Source: Macrostomum hystrix
Lineage: Eukaryota > Animalia > Platyhelminthes
Direction of reading: 5' to 3'
NCBI GenBank assembly: GCA_950097015.1
Contig: CATNEN010000038.1
Location: forward strand, 14,136,001-14,200,000
DNA: 64,000 nt
Under the pieces are notes generated by a model that was not told the origin of the DNA, made no database searches, and was given only the letters and a program-made list of their open reading frames with translations. A program made the position numbers and the translations under genes. Positions 48,601-57,217 of the stretch are shown here, one piece after another; within the stretch, counting starts at the first letter, position 1, and each line of letters begins with the position of its first letter.

Positions 48601-51600
48601 GTTGTTCGACGTGTTGTCCTGCGCAACAAAGTCGCCTACGTAGACGGTCGCGTTCTCGCCGAGCCTGGCACCGGTCGCGATGTCATCGCAATGTCGGCGA
48701 CCGTCTCAGCCGACGCTGCGGTTGTTGAACTGCCGTCGGTGCACGCCCTGTCAGTTAGCGTAGCGACCAGCGACAGTGTGAAAATGGCGCCAGCAGAGGC
48801 CGCAACCGCCGGGCCCCGCCCACCGAAACTGATCGGTGTCGATCTAAAACTGGCCGAAGATTCTATCGAAGCCGCCTATGCTTTCACTCCGCTGCCAGCG
48901 GCCACCACGCAAGGCGTTCAGTCCAACTGGAATGCCGGCTCCATGCTGAGCGGCGACAGTCCGCAACGCATGCGCCGAATGACCACCACCTCCGGTTCGG
49001 ATGTTGAAGTCACCATGACAACCGCGAGTAATTGTTTGTCAACTTTTGTAGCGACGTCCAATACAAGGGGTTCCATGGCCGACCGGCCTAAGAGATCGAG
49101 GCTGGATTCGGCTCCGTTGCAGTGCGGATTTGACCACCAGCTGCCGTCGGCGTCGCCGCGCAAACCGATGCCACCATCGTCGTCAGCGGCTTCACTGGCC
49201 GGGCGTCACGTCCTGTCGGCTTTAGACCTCAACAGGGAACAGATCCGCTTCTTGTTCGATCTGGCTCAGGTCAGGGATGTTTTTTATGGCCGACTGCTGC
49301 TCCCAGCATCCCAGGTCCTCAAACTGCTGCTCCCAACATCCCAGATCCTCAGACTGCTGCTCCCAACATCCCAGGTCCTCAAACTGCCGCTCCCAACATC
49401 CCAGGTCCTCAAACTGCTGATCCCAACATCCCATATCCTCAAACTGCCGCTCCCAACATCCCAGGTCCTCAAACTGCTGATCCCAACATCCCATATCCTC
49501 AAACTGCTGCTCCCAACATCCCAGATCCTCAAAATGCTGCTCCCAGCATCCCGGATCCTTAAACTGCTGCTCCCAACATCCCAGATCCTCAGAATGCTGA
49601 TCCCAACATCCCAGGTCCTCAAACTGCTGCTCCCAACATCCCAGATCCTCAGACTGGCGCTCCTAACATCCCAGGTCCTCAAACTGCTGATCCCAACATC
49701 CCATATCCTCAAACTGCTGCTCCCAACATCCCAGATCCTCAAAATGCTGCTCCCAGCATCCCGGATCCTTAAACTGCTGCTCCCAACATCCCAGATCCTC
49801 AGACTGCTGATCCCAACATCCCATATCCTCAAAATGCTGCTCCCAGCATCCCGGATCGTCAAACTGCTGCTCCCAACATCCAAGATCCTCAGAATTCGAT
49901 TCCCAACATCCCAGATCCTCAAACTGCTGCTCCCTCCTGCTGCGAAGATCTTAGCATCTTCGCAAGGCAGTGCCAACCTGCAACTTGCAACCCTATTTCT
50001 CTCTCTATTCAGGGCTATCGCACGGGTCGGGTATCTCTGGAAAACTCTCCTGCCCGAGGTCGCATCCTGGCCCTGATGTTCTTCGAGCCCAGCACCCGCA
50101 CAGCCAATTCGTTCGCCGCCGCTATGCAGCGCCTCGGCGGCTCCGTGCTCTACCTGAACGAAGCCATCAGCTCAGCCGTGAAGGGAGAGAGTCTCGCCGA
50201 CTCTGTGCGCATCATGTCGTCATACGCGGACGCTGTGGTTATCCGGCATCCAACAGTGGGCACTGTGGCCGATGCTGCTCGCTTTAGTGTTAGGTAATTG
50301 CGCTTAAGCAATGGGCCTTAAAAACAAATCCTTGATCTCTTAGACTTTTCAGACCTGAGAACTTCCTTAACCCCCTATCTTAGGACCTACATCAAATATA
50401 GACAAATATAGAATATAGATTATTGTTCAGCGGCTTTTCCCTACCCCATTTTTAGGTAAGGGATTCCCAGATCCCAAAAACAATATCTGGGATTCCCCCA
50501 TATCCCTATCTGGGATTCCCTCAGATCCCTATCTGGGATTCCCTCAGATCCCTATCTGGGATTCCCCCAGATCCTCCCTCTCTGGGATTTCCCCAGATCC
50601 CTCTCTGGGATTCACTCAGATCCTCCCTTTCTTGGATTTCCCCAGATCCCTCTCTGGGATTCACTCAGATCCTCCCTTTCTTGGATTTCCCCAGATCCCT
50701 CTCTGGGATTCACTCAGATCCTCCCTTTCTTGGATTTCCCCAGATCCCTCTCTGGGATTCCCCCAGATTCCTATCTGGGATTCCCCCAGATCACTATCTA
50801 ATATTCTCCCCAGATCCCTGTTTAGGATTCCTACAGATCCCTATCTAATATTCTCCCCAGATCTAGGTGAACCAAAGATCTCATCTATGATTCCCAGAAA
50901 TATTATTGTGATGATCCCCTAAAACCTTCTTTAGGATACCCAAAAAATCCAACTCTTTGATCCCTCAGATCCCTATACCCAACCTTCAGTAGTCAATAAA
51001 ATTGATTCACCCACATCGATATGGATCGCCCATGATCTTTAGTATACCTGACACCCCTAATTAACATTCTCTTAGACCTATCATCAACGCTGGTGACGGA
51101 GCTGGCGAGCACCCGACTCAAGCTCTGCTGGACGTGTTCACAATTCGCCAGGAGATTGGCACTGTCAACCGGCTCACCGTGGCCCTGGTTGGCGACCTGC
51201 TTCACGGCCGCACTGTGCACTCGCTGGCTAAACTGCTGTGCCAGTATAAAAAGCTCAGACTCATCTACGTGGCTGCTCCCGGTTGGTTCCCCTGTTACTG
51301 ACAAATTCTTTGGTCCTTTCTGGAGTCGCCCAGATCTATCCTAGATCCTATCTTAAGATGCCCTAGATCCTATCCTAAGATGCCCTAGATCCTATCCTAA
51401 GATGCCCTAGATCCTATCCTAAGATGCCCTAGATCCTATCCTAAGATGCCCTAGATCCTATCCTAAGATGCCCTAGATCCTATCCTAAGATGCCCTAGAT
51501 CCTATCCTAAGATGCCCTAGATCCTATCCTAAGATGCCCTAGATCCTATCCTAAGATGCCCTAGATCCTATCCTAAGATGCCCTAGATCCTATCCTAAGA

Positions 51601-52378
51601 TGCCCTAGATCCTATCCTAAGATGCCCTAGATCCTATCCTAAGATGCCCTAGATCCTATCCTAAGATGCCCTAGATCCTATCCGAGGTTTACCGTTGTAT
51701 TTTATTAATATTCTAATCATAATATCAATTAGGTCCCGTTGCTATGGAAACTAAATCAGGTTGCTATGGAAATTAAGTGAGGTTGCTATTGAAACAGTAA
51801 CAAAATCTGATTGCTATGAAAATCAATAAAAATCGCCATTAAAAAGCGAATTTTTTCCTATGGAACCAAATTATTAAGCTACAGGTATGTAAACTAAATC
51901 AGGTTGCTATGGAAACTAAACCAGGTTGCTATGAAGAACTTCTCCTTGCTATGTAAACAAAATAAGGTTGCCATGTAAACTAAACCAAGTATCCATGACA
52001 ACCCCATCCGCAGGCTTGTCAATGCCTAGCGAGGTGCGCCAATTCGTGGCTAGCCACGCCAACTCGGCCATCACCCAGGAGGACGCCACCGACTTGGCCG
52101 AGGTCGTAACCCAAGCCGATGTGATCTACATGACCCGAGTGCAGCGAGAGCGGTTTGCCAGCCCGGAGGCCTACCAGGCCGCCGCCGGGCACTTCCGTGT
52201 CACGCCGCAGCTGATGTCGCGAGCCAAGCCGCGCGCGATCGTTATGCACCCGCTGCCGCGCCTGGAAGAGATCGACCCGCAGTTTGACACGGATCGACGC
52301 GCTGCCTATTTTCGTCAGGCAGAGTACGGCATGTACGTTAGGATGGCCCTCATCAGTATGGTATTGGATCTGCGTTGA
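33637..52378 (+). CDS. CAD: CAD multienzyme (GATase-CPSase II, dihydroorotase, aspartate transcarbamylase)
   Basis: 19 exons: 33637-34211, 34697-34904, 35319-35586, 36070-36521, 37102-37431, 38936-39092, 39438-40279, 43781-44167, 44480-44734, 44849-45162, 45266-45578, 45909-46295, 46797-47035, 47318-47827, 48254-48512, 48592-49269, 50013-50293, 51076-51281, 52014-52378; all GT-AG and in frame. Motifs [64 protein letters not shown]. Confidence 0.97.
34250..34625 (+). mobile_element. Two SINE-A pieces in CAD intron 1 (head only 34250-34304; 3'-truncated copy 34382-34625)
   Basis: GTGGCAGAGCGGTTAACGC A-box, aagttcgattcc B-box, conserved body. Confidence 0.85.
34990..35305. repeat. About 16-17-bp minisatellite (ATCCCTATGAACTARA)n, CAD intron 2
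   Basis: Units drift to gaatcccaattcacta at the 3' end. Confidence 0.88.
35712..35970 (+). mobile_element. SINE family A, internally deleted
   Basis: Head plus 3' half with (ATT)n tail. Confidence 0.85.
36560..36781 (+). mobile_element. SINE family B copy
   Basis: gggggttcgattcccgact...aagacactt...aaatgggtacc...cagtccatggactgaac...gccttcagatgcgctgcg. Confidence 0.75.
36782..37040 (-). mobile_element. SINE family A copy, tail-to-tail with SINE-B
   Basis: (AAT)n tail followed by the reverse-complement SINE-A body. Confidence 0.85.
37485..38925. repeat. Compound array in CAD intron 5: 22-bp (GAGTCTTGTCACTCTCTTCCCT)n then 18-bp (TCTAGTCACTCTCCTATC)n
   Basis: Both units share GTCACTCTC; source of the SSHSPI and RRVTRD pseudo-ORFs. 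Confidence 0.95.
39125..39375 (+). mobile_element. MITE-like family C, most complete copy, filling CAD intron 6
   Basis: Imperfect terminal inverted match tttcaaatatccatattt / aaatgtggatatttgaaa; two further copies in the window. Confidence 0.65.
40358..40482 (-). mobile_element. SINE family B 3' fragment
   Basis: gcagctatttcgcagcgcatc...cagtccatggact...ggtacccattt is the reverse complement of 36670-36780. Confidence 0.65.
40509..41250 (-). pseudogene. C-type lectin + PAN-like paralog, disrupted
   Basis: Collinear with the protein at 41595-42380, but has an in-frame TGA at 40907-40909 where the paralog has Trp, a frameshift near 40760-40790, a conserved Cys replaced by Gly, and no ATG. Confidence 0.8.
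41595..42380 (-). CDS. Secreted C-type lectin domain protein with a PAN/apple-like C-terminus, intronless, nested antisense in CAD intron 7
   Basis: Signal peptide; [47 protein letters not shown]...YLCE; C-terminal [17 protein letters not shown]. Confidence 0.88.
   Translation of the reverse strand: MVRVSATKRLLTRLLMWQLVLIEQSVGQQCPEPFQLDLLELCLYHNNATKYDWCSANAECAALGGQLVNSNRSIRQLTNAMGMPYCKGNIGAAMWVGFSDLVDERHKNRDGWQAINGNEVLPFDDLLWLPGDPNNGQSNEDCLAVMCNQPQSTGKLVDISCSSNLSYLCEFTPRQLDKTVSRWQRTNPSLLKSGNSSSEYTCRKDIPSVTSLLHCAAQTQRVQGVNRLLYNNLTGLCQLIRFDGVMPTMTGDKVDWLMFEV
42770..43732. repeat. 25-bp minisatellite (AATCCGCYCTTCCCAACTGTAYAGT)n, CAD intron 7
   Basis: About 38 units. Confidence 0.95.
44195..44442. 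repeat. 26-bp minisatellite (CAGATCCCCAGTGACTTCAGTTCTCC)n, CAD intron 8
   Basis: About 9 units. Confidence 0.95.
45670..45885. repeat. About 26-bp C-rich repeat (CTGCCGCCATCACCCACCCCACTCCT)n, CAD intron 11
   Basis: About 9 units. Confidence 0.92.
46385..46760. repeat. 35-36-bp minisatellite (CATTCTCAGTCTGGCTCTTTCCGCCCTCATCCGCC)n, CAD intron 12
   Basis: About 11 units. Confidence 0.93.
47064..47310. repeat. About 28-bp repeat (TCTATGACAATGACCGTTTTTTGATTTG)n, CAD intron 13
   Basis: About 8 units; the last one forms the polypyrimidine tract. Confidence 0.88.
47855..48135. repeat. 24-bp minisatellite (GTGCTCAACTCTCTTATCAAATGT)n, CAD intron 14
   Basis: About 12 units. Confidence 0.93.
49291..49935. 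repeat. 30-bp minisatellite (AAACTGCTGCTCCCAACATCCCAGATCCTC)n, CAD intron 16
   Basis: About 21 units; extends the ORF call 48538-50076 through the intron. Confidence 0.95.
50460..50980. repeat. About 22-25-bp degenerate minisatellite (GGGATTCCCCAGATCCCTATCT)n, CAD intron 17
   Basis: About 20 units. Confidence 0.9.
51340..51683. repeat. 22-bp minisatellite (CTAGATCCTATCCTAAGATGCC)n, CAD intron 18
   Basis: About 15 near-perfect units. Confidence 0.95.
51738..52002. promoter_or_regulatory. Cluster of RFX X-box-like motifs in a degenerate 22-bp repeat
   Basis: GTTGCTATGGAAAC at 51738 and 51903; variants at 51760, 51782, 51925, 51967 (GTTGCCATGTAAAC) and 51989 (GTATCCATGACAAC). Function is inferred only. 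Confidence 0.45.
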
Positions 52379-53321
52379 CAGTTTTAATAAAATTGGCTTT
52401 GCAAAATATTTTCGCCAGTTTAAACTTCAAACATTTTGAATTGGCGCCAATACTAGTTATAATAACAAAATTAACAAACGCGCTGTTTGTCTTTTATTGG
52501 TGTCTGTTTGTCTTTTATTGGTGTCTGTTCGTCTGCCAAATACTACTAATAGTATCTAAAAATGCCTAGTTTAGTTTATGGTAACTCCCAGTTTAGTTTG
52601 TCTTGTTATTCTACTGACCAGGGTAAGTAGTGTGATCGCGCATTTTATGATTTATTTTTTCGAGTATTTTTTTCAAATTAGCAAATTGGTAGTGATAGTT
52701 CCAATCGCATCACAATAATCTCTCGCTTGACAAATACTTTTTAAGTCGCTTTTTTGTTCTCGTTTTTTTGGTCTGTGTGTGAACGGCATTTTAAAATCCT
52801 GTTACATCCCGATTACGGATAGCTCGAAATCTCAGTCTGATTTTGTTGTTCTAAAATTGATAAACAACGGACACTGTTAACCCCACTACATTTATTAAAC
52901 AATTTCAATCAATTTAATGGTAACGAATATATTTACAATGCATTTTTGAAGGTCAACTTATTTTTTCTTAAAGTTTTCTCTAACCTGAGCACAAGAGCAA
53001 ATGAATGCTCTGGAATGCAGCGAATTATCTCTTGTTTAATCAGTTCTAAAAATAAATATATTAATCACGAGTGCACCTCGCTAATTTTTTGTTCTAGGCT
53101 TGGCCTTTTCCAACTTTGAGTCCACCCCAGTTGGTCTGCGGGTGTTTTTTTGAAAAATCCTCAGTGTTATCACTGTGCACCTCTTGTTCTTCCTGTTCCT
53201 GTTCCTGTTCTTCAGGTTTAAGCTTTCAGTTCGCAGCAAAAGTTCACACCAATTTGTGATTGGCCGAAAGGAAATTTGAGAATCACACTAGCTAATAGTA
53301 AAATAAGAATAACAATGCTCG

Positions 53322-53635
53322 TAATAATTGCAGGAGGCCTGCAGGCAATGGCACATCATTTGGTGACACTTGACCCACAGCCAGCGAGAAGGCAATGCTG
53401 CCAATTTCGCTGACTCCTGAGCACACACGCACACAGATACTGTACTCAGGCACACGCTCACACTGGGTGTGTACATCAGCCTGCCTTTCTCATCGTCAGG
53501 CAGTGTACACTCTCACTGTGCCTTGGAGGTTGGCCCTCAAGGGCGTAAATTGCACGACAAGCCCCAAAGCCTTCTCTCCGCGGCTGCGCCCCAAATGAAT
53601 GTGGCCTCGCCGTGGAATTGAACTTCGGGACCTTC
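53322..53635 (-). mobile_element. SINE family A, near full length
   Basis: Reverse complement of the body; (AAT) tail at 53322. Confidence 0.88.
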
Positions 53636-53947
53636 TCCCGGGTCAAACTGACGGAATTAAAAAAATCGTTAATAATGATTGTTTTTGCACATTCAGTTTA
53701 CTTCAATTGTGCTGAAAATGGTACGTGCAGGTATAGGTATATGTGATTACAGCCACACACTAGCTCTTAAATCACGATAAGCTCTGGCGCCACCAAGCAG
53801 ATACTCGTACCTAATCAGAGAGGTAGATAAAATAAAAGCAAAATATACAACAAAGTTAACAGAAAATGAAGTACAGTATGAAACAATGTTTTCTTTCCGT
53901 AGAGTCCTGTAATTGACCAGTTCACTGTTGAGTTTCTCGAACTGAAA

Positions 53948-54700
53948 TCAGTTTTCAGTGCTTCTGTGGCTTCTGCCACAACTGCAGCCACAGGGCAGAA
54001 TGAGAGTGGGCACAAGCTGCTGATGCTGCTGCTGCTGATGCTGCTGCTGCTGCTGAGACATCATTGGCGGTTGTGTTGATATCATAGGTAGCTCCAGCTG
54101 AAGCCAAGATGACTGCAGCGGCGGTGGCGGTGGCAGCGGCGTCGGCTTCAGCGGCATCAGCATCGGTGCTGTTGGCAGTTGAGGAGGCCGAAGGAATCGA
54201 GTAGGCGAAATCAGCTGGCCTCTCGGTGGATGCAGCACACTGAGAGCTGGCGGCAACGGATTCCTCAGCGTGGTTGGCAGTCGCGGATTCCAGAAACTCG
54301 ACAACGACTGCGGAGCACTCTGAAACGCGACCGGAAGCTGCGGCAGTCTCGGAGGCGCCACCGGCAGCGGTTTGCCCCGCTGCTGCACCCAGGCCAGCAG
54401 ATCCTCCCGGTCGCGTCGGAAATTCAGATGCCGGAAGCTCGGCAGCTGGCGGCCCGGCAGTCGCTTAAAGCCGTAGAGATTCAGCTGCCTGGTGAAGCTG
54501 GCGAGTCGGCTGTGGCGGAAGTAGATAGGAAATATTTGCTCTGCCACGCGTGCCGCATCGTTTATTACCACGGCGAGGCCGTCGGAGTCCCAGGAGATGA
54601 AGCTCCGGGCAGCGGGGTCGCGGAGCATCTGCCACAGGCGCAGCACGAACCAGGTGGTCGGCAGCGGCCTCCGCGGGTCTGTCTGGCGCCCGCTGGCCGG
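53948..54700 (-). CDS. HSF-type DNA-binding domain protein, single exon, Pro/Gln-rich tail, no evident HR-A/B
   Basis: TWFVLRLWQML...ISWDSDG...IFPIYFRHSRLASFTRQLNLYGFKR...FRHLNFRRDREDLL. The frame is open from 54700, right after a TAG acceptor, with no ATG before the domain, so the true start is unresolved. Confidence 0.8.
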   Translation of the reverse strand, partial: PASGRQTDPRRPLPTTWFVLRLWQMLRDPAARSFISWDSDGLAVVINDAARVAEQIFPIYFRHSRLASFTRQLNLYGFKRLPGRQLPSFRHLNFRRDREDLLAWVQQRGKPLPVAPPRLPQLPVAFQSAPQSLSSFWNPRLPTTLRNPLPPALSVLHPPRGQLISPTRFLRPPQLPTAPMLMPLKPTPLPPPPPLQSSWLQLELPMISTQPPMMSQQQQQHQQQQHQQLVPTLILPCGCSCGRSHRSTEN

Positions 54701-54939
54701 CTAGAGTGTGGGGGGTTTCGGCCATAGACTTGTCGATTTTTGGGGTTTCGGGTGTTTGAGATTCGGAATAAGCAGACTTTGAGCTGCACTCTGATAATCA
54801 ACCTAATTGAAGTGTATCGTTTGGGCTCGGATAAACAAACTGAATAAATTAGCTTCATGCAGATTAACAAACCAGATGAAATAAAACTATTATATATATT
54901 ACACAGAAAACTGAAAGGATAGCTAGACTATGCCTTATA

Positions 54940-55607
54940 ACTTATGCCTAGTAGATAAACAAACAAAATGGATTGCTAGACTATGCGTTATAGATAAACA
55001 AACAAAATCGATTGCTAGACTATGCGTTATAGATAAACAAACAAAATCGATTGCTAGACTATGCGTTATAGATAAACAAATAAGATGGACTGCTAGACTA
55101 TGCGTTATAGATAAACAAATAATATGGACTGCTAGACTATGCGTTATAGATAAACAAATAATATGGACTGCTAGACTATGCGTTATAGATAAACAAATAA
55201 TATGGACTGCTAGACTATGCGTTATAGATAAACAAATAATATGGACTGCTAGACTATGCGTTATAGATAAACAAATAATATGGACTGCTAGACTATGCGT
55301 TATAGATAAACAAATAATATGGACTGCTAGACTATGCGTTATAGATAAACAAATAAGATGGACTGCTAGACTATGCGTTATAGATAAACAAATAATATGG
55401 ACTGCTAGACTATGCGTTATAGATAAACAAATAATATGGACTGCTAGACTATGCGTTATAGATAAACAAATAATATGGACTGCTAGACTATGCGTTATAG
55501 ATAAACAAATAATATGGACTGCTAGACTATGCGTTATAGATAAACAAATAATATGGACTGCTAGACTATGCGTTATAGATAAACAAATAATATGGACTGC
55601 TAGACTA
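54940..55607. repeat. 39-bp minisatellite (CTAGACTATGCGTTATAGATAAACAAATAATATGGACTG)n
   Basis: About 17 units upstream of the HSF-like gene. Confidence 0.95.
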
Positions 55608-56121
55608 GGCCTTAGATATAAAATCCTAAATTTTACCTCTCCAAGGGCTTGCCGCTGAGTATATTTATGGCCCACGCTAGTCGGCCCACGTGTTTTTCGG
55701 GGCCCAAATCTGTGCCACATGATTGACCTGTTTGGTCAATTATGTCACTATTGCAGATTTGCCAATCTTGATGTAAATCTAAATATATACTTAGCGAGGC
55801 TGGAGTAATGATAAAAACAGCTGGTTGCTGGTCTTAGAAAACATGCACACAGAAGAAACTTTCCCGTTGGTTCTCACGGACAGACGAAATTAAAAAACAA
55901 TTAAATCTGCAGCTCTTTGCCCTGCCGACAGGGGTTCAGGTGCTTGGCTGACTATAGAGCGCAAATTGTTGCCCAAATCTCGATTGACGTAAAAAATTGT
56001 TGCTGAGGTATTGAAAATTCTATTGAGGTATTGTTTTCTGCTCTCCATTCGGCCATTTAAACATAGTCTGCATCTGAAATTCCAGTTCAAAATTCGTGAA
56101 AGCAAAGGGAAAGATTCTAGT

Positions 56122-56412
56122 TAAGTCGATTCTCTCGCTGAGTCGATTCTCTCGCTGAGTCGATTCTCTTGCTGAGTCGATTCTCTCGCTGAGTCGATTC
56201 TCTCGCTGAGTCGATTCTCTTGCTGAGTCGATTCTCTCGCTGAGTCGATTCTCTCGCTGAGTCGATTCTCTCGCTGAGTCAATTCTCTCGCTGAGTCGAT
56301 TCTCTTCCTGAGTCGATTCTCTCGCTGAGTCGATTCTCTCGCTGAGTCGATTCTCTCGCTGAGTCGATTCTCTCGCTGAATCGATTCTCTCGCTGAGTCG
56401 ATTCTCTCGCTG
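56122..56412. repeat. 17-bp minisatellite (TCGATTCTCTCGCTGAG)n
   Basis: About 17 units. Confidence 0.95.
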
Positions 56413-56915
56413 GCTCTCTTTGGTTCTAGTAAATTCGCTACGCTGAAAATGTCAGTTCTTTGACACTGTGCTGCGAACTTCGAGGTCACTGGCCCAGTCA
56501 TGAAACAGTGTTGGATTTTGGTCGGACGGAAGACGGCCCCAGAATCTGATAGAGCTGGGCAAAGCCTAACTTGTTCTTTCATTCAGCTTAACTGTCATTT
56601 CGGCAATGCACCGCTAATCTTTGCTTGCATCTGATTTCGCTTTTTGACTTTTGGCCTTTGAAGTTCGCGCCTTGTGTAAACAGGGGGTTACAATTTAAAA
56701 AGAATTTTTCTTCAGGCCCTGGATAACTCGCAAAAGACCGTGGACAAGTTTGATTCTGCAATTTTAAGAACTGGAAAGAGGCAAGTAGCTACACGTAACA
56801 CTTTTCATCGGTTTATCCAGAGATTTTCAGCTAGGAGAAAATCAGGGGTTGCTGAAGAGACCTTCAGGGGATGGGTTGTTAAGAGGAATTCCAGGGTGTT
56901 TCTTCAGAGGTGTGA

Positions 56916-57135
56916 GTGGCAGAGCGGTTAACGCGTTAGCCACTCGCACCAAGGTCCCCGAGCTCGATTCCACGGCGAGGCCACATTTACACACCTGTGC
57001 CTGCGAACAGTATCTGTGTGCGTGCGTGCTCAGGAGTCAGCGAAATGGGCAGAATTGCCTCCTCGCTGGCTGCAGGTCTAGTGCCTATAAATGATGTTCA
57101 ATTTTCTGCAGCCCTCCTGCAATTATTATTATATT
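56916..57135 (+). mobile_element. SINE family A, internally deleted, about 80 bp upstream of the M13 ATG
   Basis: GTGGCAGAGCGGTTAACGCG head, B-box-like gagctcgattcc, 3' half and (ATT)n tail. Confidence 0.85.
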
Positions 57136-57217
57136 ACATGGGTTCTTCAGTAGATCTTCAGGGTTAACATTGAAGGCCTCTCTGAGCTGTTTGACACCAT
57201 CTTGGCAACTGTTTAGA

